Assembly (NCBI GenBank): GCA_028821265.1
Contig: JAPPGU010000073.1
Span: forward strand, 3,149-67,148
Origin: a bacterium
Lineage (GTDB): Bacteria; Actinomycetota; Acidimicrobiia; Spongiisociales; Spongiisociaceae
Direction: 5' to 3'
DNA length: 64,000 bases
Under the pieces are notes generated by a model that saw nothing but the letters and a program-made list of their open reading frames with translations, had not been told where the DNA came from and did no database searches. Within the stretch, counting starts at the first letter, position 1. Every line of letters starts with the position of its first letter. The position numbers were made by a program, and so were the translations under genes. Positions 9,779 to 17,995 of this stretch are shown piece after piece.

Positions 9779-10522
9779 ATGACCGACAGCATCCGCGAGC
9801 AGGTACGGCAGAGCTACGCCAACGCTGCCCGGGCCACCATGACCCGGGTGGTCGAAACCGAGCCGGAGTGCGAGCTCGCGTCCAGCCTCTACGCACCTTC
9901 CGAAATCGACGAGCTTCCCGTAACAGCGGCCGAAGCATCCCTCGGCTGTGGAAACCCGGTTGCGGTAGCCGAGTTATGCCCTGGCGAGATCGTGCTGGAC
10001 CTTGGCTCGGGCGGCGGGATCGACGTGCTGCTATCGGCCCGGAGGGTGGGCCCGACCGGGTTCGCCTACGGCTTGGACATGACCGATGAGATGCTGGACC
10101 TGGCGCGAGCCAATGCAGCCGAGGCCGGGGCGGGCAACGTGGCCTTCCTCAAGGGCTACATGGAGGACATCCCGCTGCCCGAAGCCTCGGTGGATGTGGT
10201 CATCTCCAACTGCGTGATCAATCTGTCGGAGGACAAGAGGGCGGTCTTCGAGGAGATAGCCCGGGTGCTCCGTCCCGGCGGCCGGGTAGGGGTGACCGAT
10301 GTGGTGGCCGACGATGCTCTTACTCCAGAGCAGCGCAAGGAGCGGGGCTCATGGGTCGGCTGTATCGCCGGGGCGCCCTCATTCACCGAGTACCGGCAGG
10401 GTCTGGAGTCGGCAGGCCTGGTCGACGTGGAAATCACTCCCACCCACCAGATGGCGGACACGGCGAACTCCATAGCCGTGGTGGGGGTCCACTCCGCCAT
10501 CGTCCGGGCCCGTCGTCCCTGA
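9779..10522 (+). CDS. arsM: Arsenite S-adenosylmethionine methyltransferase-like (ArsM/AS3MT family)
   Basis: SAM motif [11 protein letters not shown]. Three Cys residues sit in ArsM-typical contexts ([22 protein letters not shown]). I chose ATG 9779 ([14 protein letters not shown]) rather than the longer track ORF starting at 9665. Confidence 0.75.
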   Translation: MTDSIREQVRQSYANAARATMTRVVETEPECELASSLYAPSEIDELPVTAAEASLGCGNPVAVAELCPGEIVLDLGSGGGIDVLLSARRVGPTGFAYGLDMTDEMLDLARANAAEAGAGNVAFLKGYMEDIPLPEASVDVVISNCVINLSEDKRAVFEEIARVLRPGGRVGVTDVVADDALTPEQRKERGSWVGCIAGAPSFTEYRQGLESAGLVDVEITPTHQMADTANSIAVVGVHSAIVRARRP

Positions 10523-10611
10523 GCCGCAGACCCGCGCCGCTAGCGTCTTCCGCCTCTAGCCACGACCCGTGGAGAACTCCATTCTCGTCCTTGCCGTGGA
10601 CTCGGGAGGTC

Positions 10612-11250
10612 TCATCCGCAGCAGGCCAGTCCCAGCCTCCAGGTCCGTCTGGCTTCGACGGCTATCAGCCCGGCCAGCCCGAGGGCTGCCAGCGGATCGG
10701 CCCACCACCAGCCGAGAACGGCGTTGGCAACCAGTCCGAGGAGTGCCACGACCGATAGCTTCCAGCAAAAGTCGGTCTGGGCGGCGTCGGCCTCCATGGC
10801 ATGGCTGTGCAGGGCTAGAGCCACGGCTCGTTTGGCGTTGGCCAACCACTTCATCACGGCGATTGACAGGACGAGCAAAGCCACACCGACGGCCGAGGAG
10901 GACGGCCGCTCACCGCTGACCAGGGCAACGGTGGCATCCGCAGCCACGTAGAGGGCCAGCAACCAGAGGCTGAGGGCCACCCCTCTGCGGGCGAATCCCT
11001 CGACCCGGTTGATGCGTCCCGGATCCCTGGCACGCCGCTCAGCACCGATGCGCCAGAGGATCACGGCTCCGGAGACGGTCTCCACGAAGCTGTCGATCCC
11101 GAATCCGAGCAGAGCCACGCTGCCCGCGGCCAGGGCCGCCAGAACCGCGATGACCCCTTCCACCGCATTCCAGCCCACGGTCAGCCATTCGAGCCGCAGC
11201 CCGCGCCGGAGCAGACCCGTACGATCGGTGTTCATCCGCTCGTCGGTCAT
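10612..11250 (-). CDS. Cation-efflux (CDF-like) membrane protein, transmembrane domain only
   Basis: About 212 aa from ATG 11250. Multiple hydrophobic helices, with Asp/His in helices (GFGIDSF, HSHAMEADAAQT) as in cation diffusion facilitator TMDs. Ends in a C-terminal CCG. Confidence 0.5.
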   Translation of the reverse strand: MTDERMNTDRTGLLRRGLRLEWLTVGWNAVEGVIAVLAALAAGSVALLGFGIDSFVETVSGAVILWRIGAERRARDPGRINRVEGFARRGVALSLWLLALYVAADATVALVSGERPSSSAVGVALLVLSIAVMKWLANAKRAVALALHSHAMEADAAQTDFCWKLSVVALLGLVANAVLGWWWADPLAALGLAGLIAVEARRTWRLGLACCG

Positions 11251-11423
11251 GTCACCCGTCCGTGATCGACCACTCCAAGTTATCACGGCCCGGCAACGTA
11301 CCAGCGTCCGACTTTCGCTTTCGAGCGGGGGGAGAGAGAGTGGCCGCGGATGTTGTAACCAGGGCAAGGACAGTTGTCATCCAAACTAGGGAGCACGAGG
11401 AACTCGGTAGCCTCCGGGTCGCT

Positions 11424-11447
11424 CACTGGCCACTGGCCTCTGGCCAC
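11424..11447. repeat. Imperfect heptamer direct repeat CACTGGC-CACTGGC-CTCTGGC-CAC
   Basis: Read directly from the sequence. It lies about 40 nt upstream of the preferred GTG start (11488) of the XDH-family operon and shares the CCACTG core with the array at 27884..27918. Confidence 0.7.
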
Positions 11448-11487
11448 TTATGATTCAGCATCGACAGCTGCCGGCAGAAGACTGGAA

Positions 11488-12369
11488 GTGGATTACCTTC
11501 GACCTCGCACCTGGCAGGATGCAGTAGCGCTGAAGACGGAGAACCCGGCCGCGGTTCCGATCAACGGCGGTACCGATCTCATGGTCGAGATCAAGTTCGC
11601 CGGCCGCAGGCCGGCGTGCCTCCTCGACCTCTCCCATCTCCAGGTGCTCAAGGGATGGAGGAAGAGCAACGGTACGGTCGAACTCGGGGCCGGCGTCACC
11701 TACACGGATGTCCTGGAGCATCTGGGTGGCGACCTTCCCGCCCTGGCCATCGCGTCCCGGACGGTCGGATCGCCGCAGATCCGGAACCGGGGCACCATCG
11801 CGGGGAACCTCGCGACCGCCTCTCCCGCCGGGGATGCGCACCCGCCGTTGCTGGCCACGGGCGCGACGGTCCGGGTCGAGTCGATGCGGGGGGTCCGCGA
11901 TGTCCCGGTCGGGCGGTTCTTCACCGGCCCCAAGCAAAACGTGCTGGAGCCGGACGAGCTGATCAGGGCCGTCCTGGTTCCAGCGGCCCGAGGTCCCCAG
12001 CAGTTCTCCAAGGTCGGGACTCGCAACGCGATGGTGATCGCGGTGGTCTCCTTTGCCCTCGCCTTCGACATACCGAGCCGGCATGTAGGGACCGGGATCG
12101 GTTCCGCAGCTCCCACCCCCATCGAGGCCGCCGACGCCACGGCCTACCTGGAGCAGGAACTCGACCGCGGGGGGTACTGGGAGGAGCATCGAGACCTTCC
12201 CGCCGGGACCGTGGATGGCTTCGCCGAGAGGGTGGCGGCCGCTGCCCGGCCGATCAACGACGTTCGCGGGCCGGCCGGTTACCGGGTCCATGCACTGCGC
12301 GTGATGGCCCGCAGGACCCTCCGTTGGGCATGGTCGGCTCTGGAGACGGACGGGACCCATGCTCATTGA
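11488..12369 (+). CDS. Xanthine dehydrogenase family FAD-binding (medium, CoxM/CutM-like) subunit
   Basis: INGGTDLMVEIK and GTIAGNLATASPAGD motifs of the molybdopterin-dehydrogenase FAD-binding domain. GTG 11488 gives about 293 aa with a (V)DYLRPRTWQDAVAL N-terminus typical for this subunit. An alternative TTG at 11374 would add 38 aa. Confidence 0.8.
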   Translation: MDYLRPRTWQDAVALKTENPAAVPINGGTDLMVEIKFAGRRPACLLDLSHLQVLKGWRKSNGTVELGAGVTYTDVLEHLGGDLPALAIASRTVGSPQIRNRGTIAGNLATASPAGDAHPPLLATGATVRVESMRGVRDVPVGRFFTGPKQNVLEPDELIRAVLVPAARGPQQFSKVGTRNAMVIAVVSFALAFDIPSRHVGTGIGSAAPTPIEAADATAYLEQELDRGGYWEEHRDLPAGTVDGFAERVAAAARPINDVRGPAGYRVHALRVMARRTLRWAWSALETDGTHAH

Positions 12370-12829
12370 GTTGATAGTCAACGGTCGGCGCCGCACCGCC
12401 GAGAACGTCCGGGCCGGTGAGAGCCTGCTGTACGTCCTGAGGGAGCACCTCGGTCTGAGGGGTTCGAAGGACGCTTGCGAGCAGGGCGAGTGCGGATCGT
12501 GCTCCGTGTACCTGAACGGTGACCTCGTCTGCGCGTGCCTGGTGTCGGCCGGCCAGGCGGATGGCGCGGAGGTGGTGACGGTGGAAGGTCTATCGGACGG
12601 GGAGTCGCTCCATCCGATCCAGCAGGCGTACGTGTCCGAGGGAGCGGTCCAGTGCGGCTTCTGCACGCCCGGGCTGATAGTCGCCACCCACTGCCTGCTC
12701 GATGCCAGCTCCGATCCCTCGGACGAAGAGATACGTGAGGCCCTGGCCGGGAACCTTTGCCGTTGCACCGGCTACGAGAAGATCGTCTCCGCGGTCCGGC
12801 TGGCCGCGACGGAGACGGCGGCCGGATGA
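12359..12829 (+). CDS. Xanthine dehydrogenase family [2Fe-2S] small (CoxS-like) subunit
   Basis: 156 aa. CEQGECGSCSV (plant-type 2Fe-2S) plus CGFCTPG and CRCTGY motifs. Overlaps the upstream gene by 11 nt. Confidence 0.9.
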   Translation: MLIELIVNGRRRTAENVRAGESLLYVLREHLGLRGSKDACEQGECGSCSVYLNGDLVCACLVSAGQADGAEVVTVEGLSDGESLHPIQQAYVSEGAVQCGFCTPGLIVATHCLLDASSDPSDEEIREALAGNLCRCTGYEKIVSAVRLAATETAAG

Positions 12830-13821
12830 GCTCCGTTTCCATCCGGTCCCGGACCGGCCCGAGCGTCACCGTCTTGACCGGCTTCCTGGGCGCCGGGAAG
12901 ACCACCCTCGTGAACCACATTCTCTCTAGGGACCACGGTCGGCGCATCGCGGTGATAGTGAACGAGATGGGCGAGATCGGAGTCGACGGAGATCTCATCG
13001 TCTCCTCCGACGAGGAGATCATCGAGATGGCCAACGGCTGTGTCTGCTGCACGCTGTCGGTCCGCAACGATCTGGCCGCCACGATCCGCAAGCTGCTGGC
13101 CCGCCCCGAGCCGCCCGACTACGTGGTCATCGAGACCAGCGGAGTGGCCGACCCGGTTCCGGTGACCCAGGCGCTCTTCGTGGAAGGCTTGGCGGATCGC
13201 ATAGGGGTTGACGGGATTGTGACCATGGTCGACGCCAAACACGTGGACGTACACCTGGACGCGTTCGGCCCCGACCGGCCCGACAGCCGGGTGGTGGATC
13301 AGATCCTGTGCGCCGACCGCATCGTGCTCAACAAGACGGATCTGGTCGAGCCCGATGCCTTGCGGAACACAGAGGCTCGCATCAGAGAACTCAATAGCAC
13401 CGCGCCGGTCATCAGATCGAGCTATTCCAGGGTGGATCCGGGTGAGATTCTCGGGATCGAGGCCTTCGGTAGATCGCCGGCCTCGGCAGGCGGCGGGTTC
13501 CTCGAGGACACCTACGTCCACTCCCGCGATCCGGGCGTGGAGGCCATCAGTGTCGAGGTCGACGGCGAGTTGGACGAGGCCAGGCTGAGGGAGTGGCTCG
13601 AGGCCCTCACTGAGGCGCGATCCGCCGATATCTACCGCATCAAGGGCATCCTCGCCGTGGCGGGGCAACCGCGCCAGACCATCCTCCAAGGGGTCCATCG
13701 GCTCTTCGAGATCTATCCGGGCGGGCGATGGTCGGGAGGCCGGAGCAGCCGGCTCGTCTTCATCGGCCGTGATCTCGATCGCCGGATGCTGCGGTCCGGT
13801 CTGGAAAGCTGCCGCGCGTGA
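12826..13821 (+). CDS. COG0523 (CobW/ZigA/YeiR-like) G3E-family metallochaperone GTPase
   Basis: Walker A GFLGAGKTTL, the COG0523 metal motif GCVCC, NKTD, and a CobW_C-like C-terminal domain. The ATG 12826 overlaps the previous stop (ATGA). Confidence 0.85.
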   Translation: MSSVSIRSRTGPSVTVLTGFLGAGKTTLVNHILSRDHGRRIAVIVNEMGEIGVDGDLIVSSDEEIIEMANGCVCCTLSVRNDLAATIRKLLARPEPPDYVVIETSGVADPVPVTQALFVEGLADRIGVDGIVTMVDAKHVDVHLDAFGPDRPDSRVVDQILCADRIVLNKTDLVEPDALRNTEARIRELNSTAPVIRSSYSRVDPGEILGIEAFGRSPASAGGGFLEDTYVHSRDPGVEAISVEVDGELDEARLREWLEALTEARSADIYRIKGILAVAGQPRQTILQGVHRLFEIYPGGRWSGGRSSRLVFIGRDLDRRMLRSGLESCRA

Positions 13822-16166
13822 TGGGTCCTCGCCAGCAACTGGACACGAAGGTTCGTGACCGCACGACCCACGCCCGCGGCGTCGGCACGTCGCCCCCGCG
13901 CCCCGACGCCCCGCTCAAGGTGCTGGGCCGCTTCGCCTACGCCTCGGACCTCCACATAGACGGCATGCTGTGGGGCGCCACGGTCAGGAGTCCGCACCCG
14001 AGGGCACGCATCCTGGGTGTCGACATCGGCCAGGCCCTGGCGATCCGGGGGGTTGCCACCGTGCTGACCGCCGAGGACGTGCCCGGACACCGTTTCTACG
14101 GCATCAAGGTGGCTGACCAGCCCGTCCTGGCCGCCCACGAAGTCCGGTACGTGGGGGAGCCGGTGGCGATCGTGGCCGCCGACCATCCCGAGACGGCCCG
14201 TAGGGCGGTCGAGGCCGTCACCGTCGAGTACGAGGTGCAGGCGCCCCTGACCGATCCTGAATCCTCCCTGGCAGGGGACGGGGATCCGATCGACCCGGGC
14301 GGGAACGTGGCGCGGCACGTTCGCATCCGCCACGGGGACGTTGCAGCGGCTCGCTCGCGGGCAGAGATCGTCATCGAAGCCGAGTACCGCTCCGGGGTCC
14401 AGGATCCGGCCTTCCTGGGCCCGGAAGCCGGTCTGGCGGTGCCGGACGGGAGCGGCGGCATCGACCTGTACGTGGCGGCGCAGTGGATCCACGACGACCG
14501 GCGCCAGGTGGCAGCCGCTCTCGGGCTGGATCCGGGCATGGTGCGCCTGACGCTGAGCGGGGTAGGCGGTGCGTTCGGGGGCCGGGAGGATCTGTCGGTC
14601 CACATCCATGCCTGCATGCTGGCGCTGCGGATGGGCCGTCCCGTCAAGATGTCCTACAACCGGGAGGAGTCCTTCGTCGGCCACGTCCATCGGCACCCCT
14701 CGCGGATCCGGGTGGAGTTGGGCGCCCGCCGGGACGGAACCCTGGTCTACTCCAAGGTGAGGCTCCTGCTGGACGGAGGCGCCTACACGTCCACCTCGCA
14801 GATCGTCATCGCCAACGCCTCCTACTTCGCCGCCGGCGCCTACGCCGTCGACCACGTCGAGATCGACGGCTACGCCGTCTACACCAACAACCCTCCCCGC
14901 GGCGCCATGCGCGGCTTCGGGGCAGTCCAGGCCTGCTACGCCATCGAATCGGCCATGGACCGCCTCGCGGGGGAACTGGACATGGACGCGGTGGAACTGA
15001 GGATCCGTAATGCCATCCAGGCGGGAGACCTCCTACCCACCGGACAGGTGATTGACGGCCCCGCCCCAACCCGCGAACTCCTCGATCATCTGCGCAGTCT
15101 TCCCCTGCCCCCCAAGCGTCCTGCGGCAGGCGAGGACCTGAGGCGGCTGCCCGGCGGCGTGGGCAATACCACCCACGGGGAGGCGGTGGTCCGGGGGGTC
15201 GGCTACGCCCTCGGGATGAAGGCGATCGGCTTCTCGGGAGGCGTGGACGACATCTCCACGGCGCGAGTGTCGGTCTCGGTTGCAGGCGGCCGGCCCGTGG
15301 CGGAGGTCTACAGCGCCGCCTCGGAATGCGGGCAGGGCATCGTGGCGGTCCAGGCCCAGATAGTGCGCACCGAACTGGGCATCGACTCGGTGACGGTCCG
15401 GCCCGCCGACACTGACATCGGGGACGCCGGCTCGTCGGCGGCCTCCCGCCAGACCTGGATGACCGGGGGAGCGGTCGAGGGCGCCTGCCACGGCGTGCGC
15501 GAGCGGATCCTCGAGCGGGCCGCCCGGCGCCTCGGTTGCTCTCCGCGAGACCTGGCTCTCACTCCCCACGGGGTCACGGTTCCCGGCAAGGGGGAGGCTC
15601 TCGTTGGTCTTGCCGACATCCTCGGCCATGACACGATCGAGCACACCTTCGTGTACCACCACCGGCCTACCGAGCCCATCGACGACGTCCGGGGCCAGGG
15701 CAACGCCCACATCGCCTTCGCCTACGCCGCCCACCGGGCGGTGGTCGACGTGGACACCGAGCTGGGTCTGGTCCGGGTGGTCGAGCTGGCCACCGCCCAG
15801 GATGTGGGGAGAGCCATGAACCCCCAAGCCGTCGAGGGCCAGATCGAAGGCGGTTCCGCCCAGGGTCTCGGCCTCGCCCTGCTGGAGGAGGTCCAGGTCG
15901 AGGACGGCTTCGTGAAGAACGCTTCCTTCACCGACTACCTGGTCCCGACCATCCTCGACATGCCTCCCATGAACGTCCGGCTCTTCGAGTTCCCCCATCC
16001 CGACTCCCCGTACGGGCTCAACGGGGTGGGGGAGCCGCCCACGCTGTCCTCCACCCCGGCCATCGTCAACGCCTTGCGCAACGCCACCGGCCTCGACCTC
16101 CCGCGGGTTCCGGTCCGGCCGACCGATCTGATCGCGTCGCTCAAGAGCGACGGGTCACCCTGCTAG
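13818..16166 (+). CDS. Xanthine dehydrogenase family molybdopterin-binding large (CoxL/aldehyde-oxidase-like) subunit
   Basis: 782 aa. An N-terminal a/b-hammerhead-like region (PLKVLGRFAYASDL..GMLWGATVRSPHPRARI), then GGAFGGRED and RGFGAVQ motifs. The start overlaps the COG0523 stop (GTGATG). Confidence 0.85.
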   Translation: MMGPRQQLDTKVRDRTTHARGVGTSPPRPDAPLKVLGRFAYASDLHIDGMLWGATVRSPHPRARILGVDIGQALAIRGVATVLTAEDVPGHRFYGIKVADQPVLAAHEVRYVGEPVAIVAADHPETARRAVEAVTVEYEVQAPLTDPESSLAGDGDPIDPGGNVARHVRIRHGDVAAARSRAEIVIEAEYRSGVQDPAFLGPEAGLAVPDGSGGIDLYVAAQWIHDDRRQVAAALGLDPGMVRLTLSGVGGAFGGREDLSVHIHACMLALRMGRPVKMSYNREESFVGHVHRHPSRIRVELGARRDGTLVYSKVRLLLDGGAYTSTSQIVIANASYFAAGAYAVDHVEIDGYAVYTNNPPRGAMRGFGAVQACYAIESAMDRLAGELDMDAVELRIRNAIQAGDLLPTGQVIDGPAPTRELLDHLRSLPLPPKRPAAGEDLRRLPGGVGNTTHGEAVVRGVGYALGMKAIGFSGGVDDISTARVSVSVAGGRPVAEVYSAASECGQGIVAVQAQIVRTELGIDSVTVRPADTDIGDAGSSAASRQTWMTGGAVEGACHGVRERILERAARRLGCSPRDLALTPHGVTVPGKGEALVGLADILGHDTIEHTFVYHHRPTEPIDDVRGQGNAHIAFAYAAHRAVVDVDTELGLVRVVELATAQDVGRAMNPQAVEGQIEGGSAQGLGLALLEEVQVEDGFVKNASFTDYLVPTILDMPPMNVRLFEFPHPDSPYGLNGVGEPPTLSSTPAIVNALRNATGLDLPRVPVRPTDLIASLKSDGSPC

Positions 16167-16395
16167 TGCCCTGTTTCGGTAGCTCCTCATCAGCACCCGA
16201 GACGACGAGAACGCGAAAAACGCCAGACCACGCCCCTCCCCGGCGGGCCCATCCCCCAGCCACCACCTCCTTTGGTCCGTGCGCGTTCCGCTATCCCCCG
16301 ACGGGTCCGCTCCCGAATTGATTCCGGCTCCGGTTCCCTCGACGTCGAATAAGCAGGAAACCGGTGGTGCTTGTGACTGCCGGACAGTATGCGGC

Positions 16396-16418
16396 GGGGC
16401 TGTGACATGTTCAGCCCC
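16396..16418. terminator. Hairpin GGGGCTG-(9 nt)-CAGCCCC in a convergent intergenic region
   Basis: A 7-bp perfect stem read from the sequence, followed by CTTGTT. It lies between the converging XDH large-subunit and thioredoxin-fold genes. There is no strong U-tract. Confidence 0.3.
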
Positions 16419-16550
16419 CTTGTTCGCCCGGCACCGCACCGCCCGCGACAAGCTACCGATCACAGACCGCAGCGAAGAGGCATAGGACACCCGGTCGGCG
16501 CTACAGATCATCCACTACCCGTCGTGCCCGTTGTTCCTAGCCGACTACCG

Positions 16551-17705
16551 CTAGCGGCGGAGCAGTTGCTTGATCCGGCGGGCTGCCGGGGTCCATAGCC
16601 ACTCGGGTTCGGTGTACCGGCGATGGTCCTCGCCGGGCAAGCCCATGGGTGCGTAGTAGCTCTTGTCGGAGTTCTTACGCAGGTAGCTCGTACGCCTCAG
16701 CACCTTCAGCGAGGCATAGATCGTTCCCTTGTGGGTCCAGCCCTGCCGCAGGTAGTTCCAGTTGTCGGGCGCCAGATGCTGCGCCGCGGTGAAGTGGTGC
16801 CAAGCACGCTCGCTGTCGCCCACCGCCTCGAAGTGCAATGCCAGCTTGAACGTCGCCTCTGCCAGGCTCAGTTCGTCGTCGACGGGCTTAAGGTGCTCGG
16901 CCAGTTCCTCGTAAGACCAGACGTGCTCGCTATCGGGTCCCTTCTCGATCCAATCGCGGGTGGCCCGAGCGAATGCGTCGTCACCGACGCGCACCTTGCC
17001 GAGGCCGAACCCGATGGTCGTCCTTGCCGGATACGTACCCTCGTTGCTGCGCACGATGCGCCCGTTCTCGTCGATCCACGCGGCTGACGGCACGCTCACC
17101 CAGCCGAAGAGCGAGCTGATCTGGTGGGTCGGGTCGACCACGCACCGGTAGGAGGGCGAGGCCCGTACAAACCACTTGTCTACAGCCTTGGCGCCTCCGG
17201 AGTCCTCAGCCACGCTGATCAACTCGAACCGGTCAGGACCGATCGATTCGTAAAGATCCTGCCAGTCCGGCAGGCTGAAGCGGCACCCTCACCAGGATGA
17301 CCAGGTGAACAGCACCACCTTGCGGCCGCGCAGGTCCGAGAGCCGTAGCGTGTGGCCGTTGCGCTCGGTCACCTCGAAGTCGGGGGCTAGCCCGGACTCG
17401 AGCCCGGCTTGACGGACTTGGGGCACCGAGCCGAGGCTCCACACATCCCCGTCGCGCACGTACTTCTGGCCGATCCTGTCCGCGAATTCCGAGTAGCAGA
17501 ACCAGACCCAGTCGTCGGCGTCCGCGATCCACTCCTCGCGCTTGTCACCCGGCAGGGGCACGCACAGGTCGCCCAGGCAGGCGCCTTCCGGCTTCATCTG
17601 CCAGCCGGTGGCGCGAGGGAGTTCGTCCATCCGCACCCATAGTGCCCCAGCGGGTTCGGTCCGCCGGGCGACTCGGTGCGTCTTGCCGTTTGCGAGGATG
17701 ATCAT
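16551..17705 (-). CDS. Candidate selenoprotein: ResA/TlpA-like thioredoxin-fold protein with in-frame UGA (WSSW-U-GC), 384 codons if read through
   Basis: Track ORFs 17289..17705 and 16551..17222 are in the same frame. The only stop between 17705 and 16551 is the TGA at 17289..17291. Read-through gives APDFEVTERNGHTLRLSDLRGRKVVLFTWSSW-U-GCRFSLPDWQDLY...ELISVAEDSGG...AAWIDENGRIV, a redoxin-like pattern with the UGA at the nucleophilic Cys position. Confidence 0.6.
17258..17274 (-). promoter_or_regulatory. SECIS-like hairpin downstream of the in-frame UGA
   Basis: The mRNA reads UGA-GGGUGCCGCUUCAG-CCUGCC-GGACU-GGCAGG. This is a 6-bp perfect stem starting 14 nt after the UGA, with a 5-nt apical loop beginning GG about 21 nt after the UGA. 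Confidence 0.45.
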
Positions 17706-17995
17706 GCTTGCTCCGCGAGAGCTGATTCGCCCGGTCAGGTGAGCGCTAAGCCGTGCGTCAGACTCAGTAATACCTCACCGTAGTGCTCGCCGGCGACGAA
17801 GGCTATCGGACCATGGACGGCCATCACCAGCCGCTACCGATTGGAGGTGCGGTTTTCGTTTCCCGACGGCCGGGTGTGGCGAGGACCGAGCGCGCCTGGT
17901 CGCGGTCGGATGCCTGGTGATTCGGGTCGGGGCAGTCCTATTGGTACCGTCCGGTCCCGCACGGGAGTGCCGAGGGGGTCCTTCTTGTAGAGAGG

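Noticed and set aside
8974-9792. A 272-aa Arg-rich ORF on the minus strand overlapping the TetR gene and the spacer.
   Set aside because: It is extremely Arg/Gly/Pro-rich and off-frame to a TetR gene that has a clear HTH, so it is a compositional artefact.
16190-16408. A 72-aa minus-strand ORF with an AAGGAGG-like sequence upstream, in the XDH/selenoprotein convergent gap.
   Set aside because: The SD-to-ATG spacing is too long (about 13 nt), the product is Arg/Gly-rich low complexity, and no motif is present.
16167-16550. A possible tRNA-Sec (selC) or other small RNA next to the candidate selenoprotein. I also checked 17706..17995.
   Set aside because: I could not find an anticodon-loop CUUCAAA context, a GGTTCGA-type T-arm or a cloverleaf. 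Only one simple hairpin is present (16396..16418). A covariance-model scan is still advisable.
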